64,000 nucleotides of DNA, taken from assembly GCA_030390025.1 (NCBI GenBank), contig CM059432.1, forward strand, positions 25,794,001 to 25,858,000. The letters are read 5' to 3'. A program made the position numbers and the translations under genes. The notes under the pieces were generated by a model. That model was not told where the DNA came from. It made no database searches and was given only the letters and a program-made list of their open reading frames with translations. Positions 24,291 through 34,469 of this stretch are shown here, piece after piece (positions within the stretch are counted from its first letter, which is position 1; each line of letters starts with the position of its first letter). This DNA is from Squalus acanthias (taxonomy: Eukaryota).

Positions 24291-25740
24291 TGCATTTATC
24301 ATTATGAGCCAGATTTTGCTGGCAAAATTAGGGTGTCTGAACGACTCATACTATTATTAATGCGTAAATCGGCCAGCAACTTGGAGCGAGGAAGAGATAC
24401 CCCATGAATTTCGAATCACCAGAAGTTGCTGGCCAATTTGCGCCTCTCTGCCGTTAGCTTCGCGAAAATGGCATCCCGGGCTTAACCTCCCCGTGATATC
24501 CATAAAGTTGCTGCATTTTCACATTAATTGCCCATTATTTTCTACCCTTGGCTGCAGGTCCAGCTTGTCCTCCACCTGCTTAGACCTCTCCGGATAGCAA
24601 AATTGTGTAACATGCAACAGACAACAGCAGTCCTGATGCACATTCTTGCAAGTATACTTCGCCTCTCCATCGCACACATTTGCCAGGGGCAGGAGCGTTT
24701 CAAATTTTTACATTAAAAATGACTGACACATTCTGGTTCATTTTTAACACTTTTTTACTTCATAATTTATCAATCTTTAATCTGAAAAAAGTTATCTCAA
24801 AAATAAACAACAACTTTTTTTAACCATATTCAAAAAAACAATCAGACCTCTACTTTCCCAAAAACTAACTCAACAGTCACAAATCCATTTTACAGAGGCA
24901 TTCTCTGCCCCAATCCTCACTCTAAGTTTGCAGAGGCTATCTCTCTTTACATCTGCCCACAGCAATTCCCAGAGAAACTCTTACTGTTAGTCCTGGCTGC
25001 AGCTCCTATACGATGATTCTACTTTATTCTAGATGGCTTTGGTGTTCCCAGTGATTTCCTGGAAATTGCAGCTCATCCAAGACTGGATGTTGAACAACAC
25101 AGAGGCAGTGGAACAGGAATCGAGAGATATGATGGAGAGATAGAGCTGGATGTTGTCAGTGTACATGAGGAAGCTAAACCTATATCTTTGAATGATGTGA
25201 CCAAGGGGAAGCATGTAAATAAGGAAGAGGAGGAAGGCAAAGGCAGATCCTTGGGGGACTCCAGAGGTAATGGTGTTGGGAATGGGAAGAAAAAACATGG
25301 CTGGAGATATTCTGGCTACGATTGGATAGGTAAGAAGGGAACCAAGGACATTCCCAGTGACTGGTCAATGGAGGAGATGTTTTGAAGGATGATATGTGTT
25401 CTACAGTGTCAAAGGCTGAAGAGAGGTCAAGGATGATGAGGAGGATGCTCACAGCCACAGTGGATGTCATTTGTGAGTTCGAATAGAGCTGTTTCAGTGC
25501 GGTGGAAGGGACGCACACCTGGTTGGAGAGAATCAAACATGGCGTTGCAGAAAAGAGTGGCAAGGACTTTGGAGAGGAAAGGAAGGTTGGTGATTGGATA
25601 GTAGTTTGCAAGGTCAGAGGGGTCCAGGGTGGATTACTTGAGAAGGGCGGTGATATAGGCAGTTTTGAAAGGGAGTGGAACATACCTGAGGAGAGGAAGC
25701 CATTGACAATGTTAGCTAGCATGGAGGCTAGGGAGGGAGC

Positions 25741-26885
25741 ATAAGAACATAAGAAATAGGAGCAGGAATAGGCCACTTGACCCCTCGAGCCTGCTCCGCC
25801 ATTCAATAAGATCATGGCTGATCTTGGCCTCAAAGCCACTTCCCTGCCCACTCCCCATAACCCTTCACTCCCTTATCTTGCAAAAATTTGTCTATCTCCA
25901 CCTTAAATGTATTTAATGACCCAGCCTCCACAGCTCTCTGGGGTAGAGAATTCCACAGATTTACGACCCTTTGAGAGAAGAAATTCCTCCTCATCTCAGT
26001 TCTAAAAGGGCGACCCTTTATTCTAAAACTGTGCCCCCGCGTTGTAGATTTCCCCATGAGGGGAAACATCCTCTCTGCATCTACCTTGTCGTGCCCCCTC
26101 AGTATCTTATATGTTTCAATAAGATCACCTCTCATTCTTCTAAATTCCAATGAGTATAGGCCCAACCTGCTCAACCTTTCCTCATAAGTCAACCCCCTCA
26201 TCTCTGGAATTAACCTACTGAATCGTCTCTGAACTGCCTCCAATGCAAATATATCCTTCCTTAAATAAGGAGACCAAAACTTACGCAGTACTCGAGGTGT
26301 GGTCTCACCAATACCCTGTACAGTTGTAGCAGGACTTCCCTGCTTTTATACTCCAACCCCTTTGAAATAAAGGCCAACATTCCATTTACCTTTTTGATTA
26401 CTTGCTGTACCTGCATGCTAACTTTTTGTGTTTCATGCACAAGGACCCCCAGGTCCATCTGAACTGCAGCATTTTGTAATCTCTCTCCATTTAAATAATA
26501 ATTTGCTTTTTTATTTTTCCTGCCAAAGTGTATAACCTCGCACTTTCCCATCTGCCAAATGTTTGCCCACTCACTTAGCCTGTCTATATCCCTTTGCAGG
26601 TTCTTTGAGTCCTCTGCACAACTTTCTTTCCCACCCATCTTTGTATCATCCACAAACTTGGCTCCATTACACTCGGTCCCTTCATCCAAGTCATTAATGT
26701 AGATTGTAAATAGTTGAGGCCCGAGCACCGATCCCTGTGGCACCCCACTAGTTACCTTTTGCCAACCGGAAAATGACCCATTTATCCCGACTCTCTGCTT
26801 TCTGTTAGTTAGCCAATTCTCTATCCATGCTAATATATTACCCCCAATTCCGTAAGCTCTTATCTTATGCAGTAACCTTTTATGT
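25741..26885 (-). mobile_element. CR1 LINE, 5'-truncated
   Basis: Peptides [34 protein letters not shown] and RNFFSQRVVNLWNSLP are present. The 3' tail repeat (TTCTTATG on the minus strand) is at 25741-25755. Confidence 0.95.
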
Positions 26886-26965
26886 TAGGTGGTCAGCAGT
26901 TTAGTGGGAATTAGGTCAAGAGAGCAGGAAGTGGGTCTTATGGGCAAGATGAGCTCGATGAGTGC

Positions 26966-27752
26966 ATACATAGATACATACATAGATACATAGAAGATAG
27001 GAGCAGGAGTAGGCCATCCGGCCCTTCGAGCCTGCTCCGCCATTTAATGAGATCATGGCTGATCCTCCAATTCAGTATCCCGTCCCCGCCTTCTCTCCGT
27101 AACCCTTAACCCCTTTTGCCTGTAGAAATATATCTAATTCCCTCTTAAATATATTTAATGAGCTGGCATACACTGCCCTCTGTGGCAATGAGTTCCACAG
27201 GTTCACCACCCTCTGAGTGAAGAAATTCCCCCTCATTTCTGTCCTAAATGGTTTAGCCCTTATCCTTAAATTATGTCCTCTAGTTCTGTTCTCACCCGCC
27301 AAGGGAAACATTCCTTCTGCATCTAGTCTGTCTAGACCTGTCAGAATTTTATACACTTCTATGAGGTCCCCTCTCAATCTTCTAAACTCCAGTGTGTACA
27401 TTCCTAAACTACATAGTCTCTCCTCATAGGTCAATCCTGCCATTCCTGGTATCAGCCTGGTGAATCGCCGCTGCACCCCCTCCATGGCAAGAACATCTTT
27501 CCTCAGATGAGGCGACCAAAACTGTACACAGTACTCGAGGTGTGGTCTCACCAGTGCCCTGTACAGCTGCAGCAAGGTATCCCTGTTCCTGTATTCCAAC
27601 CCTTTTGCGATGAAGGCCAGCATACCGTTTGCCTTCTTGACCGCCTGTTGCACCTGCATGCTCGCCTTCAGTGACTGGTGTACAAGAACACCCAGGTCTC
27701 TCTGTACTTCCCCCTCTCCCAATTTATTGCCATTCTCCCAATTTATTGCCAT
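26966..27752 (-). mobile_element. CR1 LINE, 5'-truncated, ORF2 C-terminus still open
   Basis: Uninterrupted 226-aa ORF (RDLGVLV, LVRPHLEYCVQFWSP, NFFTQRVVNLWNSLP) with a TATGTATC-type tail. A ~19-bp direct duplication (TCTCCC(C)AATTTATTGCCAT) marks the 5' truncation point. Confidence 0.95.
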
Positions 27753-28367
27753 AAGGGAAGGTAGGAGAGAAATTAGAGAAAAAATGTAGGTTCAGGGCGA
27801 GGGCACCTTGGGGGAGATTTGGCCTGGTGAGCAAGTGGAAGGGGGGCTGCAGCAGAGGCAGCCAATCAGATGGTCTCAATCTTAGTGATGAAGAAATTCA
27901 TGATCTCCTCTCTCTTGTTGGAGGTAAGGGTGAAGGGGGCAGCAAAGAGGGGTTTAAGGAGATGGTTGGTATTGGAGAAAAGAACTCAAAGGTTATCTCC
28001 AGGATGATCCAGGAGTACTGTGCAGTTGTGCTGGAAGAGAGAAAGGCTCCTGCTTGAGATAGTCCAGCCAGATCTGGTGATGGCTGGGTAAACCAGCTGT
28101 GCACCAGCTATGCTCACATCTGCCTCCTTGGATCAGGGGATGAACTAGAATAGGAGATAGTAAAGGTTTTACTGGGGGCATCAAGGTCGAGGTGAGGGAA
28201 TGGTTGAGCAGATCGATAGCTGCAGAAGTATTGTGCAACATAATTTTATACTTTAGTGGGCTAGTTGCAAATGCTACCGACAACAATCTAATAACCATTT
28301 AAAATATAACACAACAATGGCTTTGAACATTTGGCCCTCTTCTATACCTACTTCCGTATAATGAGAA

Positions 28368-28560
28368 TGAAAAATTGCTAATGTTAATTGTAATTAATAT
28401 AGCCAGAACTCTGGAGGTTTACATTTGAAGAGGCAATAAAGTGTCTTTAGAGAGGCTCTGAAGGACGGAGAACATTTTTATCTAAAACCTGGCGATTAAT
28501 GATGAGTGCAAAATAAACAAGTTTAGATAAATATTTAGTGGTTAATTACAGAGTTCTTAA
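28368..28560 (+). repeat. ~200-bp AT-rich dispersed element, copy 1
   Basis: Aligns by eye with 51475-51660 through TGAAAAATTGCTA(A/T)TGTTAATTGTAATTAAT, TGTCTTTAGAGA, TTATCTAAA, AGATAA(A/G)TATTTAG and TTAATTA. Confidence 0.8.
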
Positions 28561-29602
28561 TAATGATGAGAGAAACAAACAATTTCAGAGTGTTGTGCTA
28601 CCAGTTATATTGCTGTAATCAGATTGATCTGCTGGTCTTGTTGTGGTAAAAAAAATTGTATATTAGGTGTCCTAGCAACAGAGTTAAGCCAGAGATAACT
28701 GGAACCAAGGCAGAGATTTCTTGAGATTCATTGTGGTGAGTGATATCAGGACAGAAAGAATTCAAGAAATTGTACAAAATTATAAACAAGCAACAGATTT
28801 CCTATAGCCTAGTGTATACTGAATCATCCTTTTTATCATCTCAATATTACTGATTTCAGGCTAGACATTATGTTGGTGGGAATTAAATTAGTCAAACTAA
28901 TGGATCTCATTATTTGGTAACTTTAAGCATAATCCAATAACCACATCTGTGTGAATTTTCATCAACCTATATCTGTTTTTTCTTCCAAAATAGAACAGCA
29001 GAATTTCTGCAGTCTAATATTTCCCAGGACCTCATCAATGTGGACTAATGAGCTTCTTTCATCAACGCTGTAACTGTTATGAATAGAAAGGGATGCCATT
29101 CAATAAGTGTGCATGTTGTATCTGGCAATCAGCACCACATCATTCAAGTGGATGTCAGGTATTCTGCAAGCTGCCATGATTCATTTATCCCACTGTAGTC
29201 AACAGTGCCACCATTATGTAAAGTAGCATCTAGACACCATGGGGGGAGAAATTCAGTATCGCCCCATTTGGGGCGCAATTATCGGCCGGGCGCAAAGATT
29301 AGCGCCTGGCGCTAATTATCGCCACCGACTGCAAACTTGACTTTTATCGCCCCTGGAGGTGATTGGAGTGCTAAATCAGGTGCTACACACCTGTCTTAAG
29401 GCGCAAAGGCCGAGGAGCGAGGCGCTAACTCAGAGCGCAGGCGCAGCGCAGGTGCTGTCAGTTAGCGATGGAACACAGACACACTGGCGCCGGACAGTTC
29501 TTAAAGGGGAGGGTCGATCTTGCACTCCAGCCACACCCTGCTCATTGGAGCCTTGAATCTCGGCCTGGAGAGACCTGTGCCTAAATCTTCCAGCCAAGGA
29601 CT

Positions 29603-31584
29603 ATGGAGAGGGTGAGAGAACGAGCTCAGCGCTTCAGCGAGCGGGCCTTGGATGCTCTGGTTGGCGCGGTGGAGCGCAGAAGATCTATACTCTTCCCTGA
29701 GAGTGGCAGGAGGCCTTTGCCGCGCGAGTACAGAAGAGTGTGGAGGGAGGTGGCTCAGAGCGTCTCCTCCAGGAGCATGGTGCCCAGGACCCATATACAA
29801 TGTCAAAAAAAGTTCAATGACCTCACTCGGATCGTCAGGGTGAGTGGCTTTTTTTCAATACCTCTCCATCCCTCCATCTCAACCTCACTCTATGGCCAGA
29901 GGGTCTTAAAACCCCAATGCACAACACTCATCCAACACCTATGGCCCTCTCATGAAACACACACGCACATTCCACACTATGCATACAGTAAGGGCTATTC
30001 ACCTATGGGAGGCACATCAGGTAAGACCATGGCTGCATACAGTAAGGGCTATTCACCTATGGGAGGCACATCAGGCAAGACCATGGCTGCATACAGTAAG
30101 GGCTATTCACCTATGGGAGGCACATCAGGCAAGACCATGGCTGCATACAGTAAGGGCTATTCACCTATGGGAGGCACATCATGCAAGACCATGGCTGCAT
30201 AGAGTAAGGGCTATTCACCTATGGGAGGCACATCAGGAAAGACCATGGCTGTATATTTACTCAGATGCTGTCCTTTTTCTTGTAGGCCAAGCTACCTCAT
30301 AATAGGAGACAGCAGCAACGGACGGGTGGAGGGCGGCCTCAGCTGCAACCCCTCAGTGATCTTGAGGCGCACGTCCACAGGATTGTGGCAAGCCGGGTGA
30401 TCGGTCCCGTCGCCACTGGAGATGCCGACCCCATTCTGGACAGCAATGGTAAGGTCATCACCTTTTTGTCCTCTGTCCTTCCACTTGTCCCTCACAACAC
30501 CAGCCTTTGACACTTTCAATCCAACTTACTAAATCGCTGCACTCATTCCTCCCTTACTGCCACCCTGTCCTCACGCTAAAGCCACTCTTGTACCTCCCTG
30601 CTTTCAGATGGTGATTCACCAGCTGAGGAGACGGGCCTTCAAGCTGCCAGTGGGAGTGAAGCTGCAGCCGAGGAGGAAGATGAAGGTGGAGCATCAGTGC
30701 CACCCTCTCCCGAGGAAGCCCATGCCCACACTGGGAACACGCCTTCCCTGGAGGGGAGCAGGGGGGAAGGGTCTGATGAGGGTGAAGCTCCAGGACCCAG
30801 CGGGCTGCAGCAACGCCATGGGGGTAGGGAAGAACGGGGGCCTTCTCCCCGGAGGGAGAGTATGCCAGCGAGTCCTACTGCACTGGACGCAGAGGAGGAG
30901 CGGCTCATCGCTGAAATGAACACCCAGGCGATGGACATGCACACTGAGCTCATGGGTGCAGTGGGAAGGGTGCCCGAATGCATTGAATCACTGACAAGGA
31001 GTGTGGAGCACTTCGCTGTAGCACAGGCGGATGCCACACTAAAGCTTAGTGCTGCAATTCAGTCACTGGCTGCCGTGATCCCATCTCTGACTGCTCTCAT
31101 GCAGACTCAGATTGAGGCCACGCGAGCACTGACTGCTGCCATCCTCGATGGTTCGTATACATTTCCCCGGGGCTCTCACCGCGCTGCAGCAGGCCAGCAA
31201 TCTGTGCTCCAGCAGATTGCTCCGGATGCTGAAGTGCTGCCCCGTGGGAGTGCCAGTGTGTCGGTCGAGCAGGGAGTTGCTGTCCTCTCTCAAGATGACA
31301 GCATTCCTGCTGCCACCACTGTCACTTCTCCACTGCAGTTGCCACCGCCTGTAGGACAGACTGCTGCCGCCCATGCAGAGTTGATGCAGTCTGCAGCCGG
31401 GCCCTCCAGGCCCAGAGCTGGTCGAGGCCGTCCTTCAAGGGCATCTGCAGTCTCAGGTTCTGACAATCAGCAGCCTTCCACCAGCCTTGCTGCAGCCACT
31501 GAGGTCCCATTACGGAGGAGCAGTAGGGTGGGAAGGGGGGAAGTGCGCAAGGGAAGGAGATCACCCTCGAAGGGCAAAAAGTAG
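29603..31584 (+). CDS. Harbinger Myb/SANT-like DNA-binding protein, 3 exons (29603-29839, 30286-30448, 30608-31584), 458 aa
   Basis: Exon 1 reads MERVRERAQRFSERALDALV...W..VA...RT..QC.KKFNDL (Myb/SANT-like pattern) and ends at donor GTGAGT (29840). Acceptor TTTTTCTTGTAG precedes exon 2 (AKLPHNRRQQQRTGGG), which ends at donor GTAAGG (30449). Acceptor CTTTCAG ends at 30607. Phases 0 and 1 join in frame with ORF 30697-31584, 1,377 nt in total with no stop. Confidence 0.88.
29981..30250 (+). repeat. 54-bp tandem repeat x5 inside intron 1 of the Myb/SANT gene
   Basis: Unit GCATACAGTAAGGGCTATTCACCTATGGGAGGCACATCAGGCAAGACCATGGCT, five near-identical copies. Confidence 0.97.
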
Positions 31585-31796
31585 GAGGTGTGACAAAATG
31601 TTGGTCATTTTTTTATTAAAGGCCGAGGTTCGTGGTCAAACTTTTGAACATTATCTCCAGGTTATGAGAACCAGTTATGTTAATGACTGTGTTTTTGTGT
31701 TTCTTTCTATTAGTTTGTCATGAGGAAATGACACACACAGAGTTTGTGAAATAAATAAGTTTTTGTATTCAAAATATACATGTTTAGTCTTTGGAA

Positions 31797-32963
31797 TCAT
31801 TGGTGCCTTGGCCGGCTTAGGGGTTGCGGGTTGGTTTCATTCATGTTGTTCTCAATGGCAGAAGCCATTTCCTCAGCAGGGGCCTCGAAGCGGCTTGCTA
31901 TCAGCCGTTGACGGACGGCCCTTCCAGTTTCTACATTGTAGGCCTCCCTCCCGCCTTGGTGCTGCTGATGATCATCCTCCTCCTCTTCCTCCTCCTCTTC
32001 CTCCTCCTCCTCTGGTGGTGCTCCAAGGCCTGGTGGCATTGGCTGGGTTCTGAGGATTGCCATGTTATGCAGCATGCAGCACACAACTACGAAGTGGGAA
32101 ACTCGCTCAGGCGAGTACTGCAGGGCTCCTCCAGAATGGTCCAGACAGCGGAACCTTTGCTTGAGCACGCCGATTGTGTGCTCAATGATGTTCCTGGTAG
32201 CTTGATGGCTCTCCTTGCACCACAGCTCAGCAGGGGTGTTGGGCGTACGGAGCGGTGTCATCAGCCAGGTGCTCAGTGGATATCCCTTGTCCCCGAGAAG
32301 CCAACCAACTGGCTGATGCAGTGCCTCGAAAAGTTCTGCCACAGTAGTCTGGTGCAGGATGAATGCATCGTGGCAGCTGCCAGGATAGTGGGCATTGACA
32401 GCGAGTATCAGCTGTCTGTGGTCACAGACCAACTGAACGTTCAAGGAATGGAACCCCTTTCTGTTGCGGAAATCCTCGGCATTCTCATGCGGAGCACGCA
32501 AAGCCACATGCGTGCAGTGAATGGCGCCCTGCACCATGGGGAAGCCCGCTATCCTAGCAAAGCCCATTGCGCGTTCTTGCTGCTTGTCTGGGGTCATGGG
32601 GAAAGAGATGTACTCTCGTCTCCTTTTAAAGAGGGCATTTGTGACCTGACGGATGCAGCAATGCACCGCGAACTGGGAGATATTGGCGATGTCCCCAGTA
32701 GCAGATTGAAATGAGCCAGTGGCATAAAAGTTCAGAGCCACTGTGATCTTCACTGCCACCGACAGAGACGTCCTGGACCACAGTTGAGGCTGCAGATTTG
32801 GCTGCAGCAGGTGGCAGAGCTCAGTGACTACCTCCTTGCTGAAGCGCAGCCTTCGCAAACACTGCTCCTCAGACATATTAATATATGTGAATTGTTGGCG
32901 ATATACCCTGGGAGGGTAAGGTCTCCTGTACAGAGGCCTGTTGGCCCTCCTCCGTCTGGCCAT
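31797..32963 (-). CDS. Harbinger (HARBI1-like) DDE transposase, ~388 aa from the first ATG; probably catalytically dead
   Basis: Motifs ALNFYATGSFQ, GFPMVQGAI(H)CTHV, FRNRKGFHSLNVQLVCD, PGSCHDAFIL, LLGDKGYP, RNIIEHTIGVLKQRFRCL and CCMLHN are present, with an acidic tail. The frame is open to 33113 but the first ATG is at 32963. The usual GAIDCTH reads GAIHCTH. Confidence 0.93.
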   Translation of the reverse strand: MARRRRANRPLYRRPYPPRVYRQQFTYINMSEEQCLRRLRFSKEVVTELCHLLQPNLQPQLWSRTSLSVAVKITVALNFYATGSFQSATGDIANISQFAVHCCIRQVTNALFKRRREYISFPMTPDKQQERAMGFARIAGFPMVQGAIHCTHVALRAPHENAEDFRNRKGFHSLNVQLVCDHRQLILAVNAHYPGSCHDAFILHQTTVAELFEALHQPVGWLLGDKGYPLSTWLMTPLRTPNTPAELWCKESHQATRNIIEHTIGVLKQRFRCLDHSGGALQYSPERVSHFVVVCCMLHNMAILRTQPMPPGLGAPPEEEEEEEEEEEEDDHQQHQGGREAYNVETGRAVRQRLIASRFEAPAEEMASAIENNMNETNPQPLSRPRHQ

Positions 32964-33235
32964 GATTGCCACTCTCTCTTTGCGTCTCTGTGTCCTCTGA
33001 TTCTGGTGGCGCAGGACGACGCCCACAATCAGTGCAGCCCCCACAGTCTCTTGGCAATCAAAGTTATGAAGGTCAAAAACCAAAGTACCTGCAAAGTTAT
33101 GATCAGTAGCCAAAACTACCTCACACAGCGTTGACTCAATGCAGAAGTCTCTCTTTCTCTCTCTCCGAATCTCTCTCTCTCTCCCTCAGAATGAGTGGTG
33201 CAAAATGTCAACCACAGAGAAAGACAGGAAGAGGC

Positions 33236-33389
33236 CCCCTTTAAATAGCGCCCCCCCCCCCCCAGCCCCACAGCGACTGGGAGCGTTCCAGTCTTCCGGT
33301 CGTTGGTTGCGCCAGGCGGAAAGGATGGGGGCGCCACTCAATTTCCGCTCCGGGACGGCACAAGGGCGTTGCACCCTCGTATGACGTCA
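33236..33389 (-). promoter_or_regulatory. Candidate transposase promoter: CRE palindrome TGACGTCA (33382-33389) and TATA-like TATTTAAAGGGG (~33252-33237)
   Basis: Both motifs lie upstream of the transposase ORF. Both are retained in the two MITEs (TGACGTCA at 43914-43921 and 62852-62859). Confidence 0.5.
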
Positions 33390-34469
33390 AGATCTGCGTG
33401 CGCAGGAGATCGCAGCAGTAAAGTTTAGCGCCGCCGCAAAATGTCTAGTTAATTTCGCGAGCGGCGCAAACATCGCTGCGCCCGGGCGCTAGTTGCTTTG
33501 CGCCCCATTAGCGCCCTCTTAAGGCGCTAACGGGAGGCGCAACCAACTGAATTTCTCCCCCCATGAATTGTGCTGAAAAAGGTTTCCACAAGCATACAAA
33601 TACAGCATCCATAGGCAAACTGAAGCAAAGATTCTGCTACTACTACAGCTCCACAACAGTGTCCCAAATGATAGGTGTCCTGCATGCTGCTCAATTATAC
33701 TCTCACAAGAGAAGTCACTATACAAGTGGAAGAGTCCTAAGAGGACAATGAGCCCAAGGCTGAAGAGGTATCTGCTGCATTAGACCCGTAGGAAGACAAA
33801 TCTGATAATGTCTAATAGACAACAACCCAGAGCCAGAGCCTGAATACAAATGAAAAAAAGGTTTAACTGAATAAGAATGAATGCCAAAGTAGAATGTACA
33901 CGCCTTGTCTTACTTTATTAATATTGGGGCATAGTAAGCACGGCACCAAAAAAAATGGTCAGTTGGAGTACTAGGGAAGTAGCATGCACAGCATAGAGTA
34001 AACCATTCTACATACACTGTTATTGCAGAAACACTATAGGTCACACTTCTTGTGGGGACATAAATAGTTTACATTGTGATAAATGTTGAAAGGTGTCCTC
34101 CAAACCAGCAAGACCACCGGAAACAGCATGCATTTAACATTGGAATGCACTCATAAGAGAAGGATATAGGCTGACCACTGGGTTAGCTGTATGGTGATCT
34201 CACAATTTCACTGTGAACTGGCATACTTGAAGGGAACCTACTGACTTAAAGGAACTGCCCAGTTTTAAAGAGATGGCCATGGTATTTTTGGCCTGGAGTC
34301 TGTGGACGAAGTCGGTGAGGAGAGTTTTGAAATGTACTGCCCCTGTTCAACAAGTATTCTCCTCTTATTTGTCTCATTTTAATGCTTATTCACTGTTTCA
34401 CTCATTACACAAGTGGAAAGAAAATTGGAAATCCATCAGACTGGGTGGCAATGAAAAACAACAAAAGGA

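Larger units (their letters stand above)
25020..28235 (-). mobile_element. Decayed L2-type LINE in three pieces (25020-25740, ~26886-26965, ~27753-28235) split by two CR1 insertions
   Basis: Minus-strand peptides ILLIILDLSSAFDTVEH, SGVPQGS, YTDNIQLYLS (degenerate YADD) and AIDLLNHSLTSTL are typical of L2 ORF2. Confidence 0.75.
29242..33562 (+). mobile_element. Full-length PIF/Harbinger DNA transposon (4,321 bp)
   Basis: TIRs GGGGGAGAAATTCAGT / ACTGAATTTCTCCCCC(C) and a 3-bp TSD ATG (29239-29241, 33563-33565). It carries the two genes typical of the superfamily, a Myb/SANT-like protein and a DDE transposase. Confidence 0.97.

Noticed and set aside
29603..30202. 199-aa unspliced ORF as the main product
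   Set aside because: Canonical splice sites conserved in two copies give a better 458-aa product with the TGGG motif. Kept only as a possible isoform.
29981..30250. 54-bp repeat as a CRISPR or guide array
   Set aside because: The units are head-to-tail with no spacers.
31824..32714. 296-aa + strand ORF
   Set aside because: Antisense shadow of the transposase with a non-ATG start and no recognisable motif.
31797..33113. Calling the transposase the host gene HARBI1
   Set aside because: It lies between TIRs with a TSD, has a partner Myb gene and has MITE derivatives, so it is a transposon copy.
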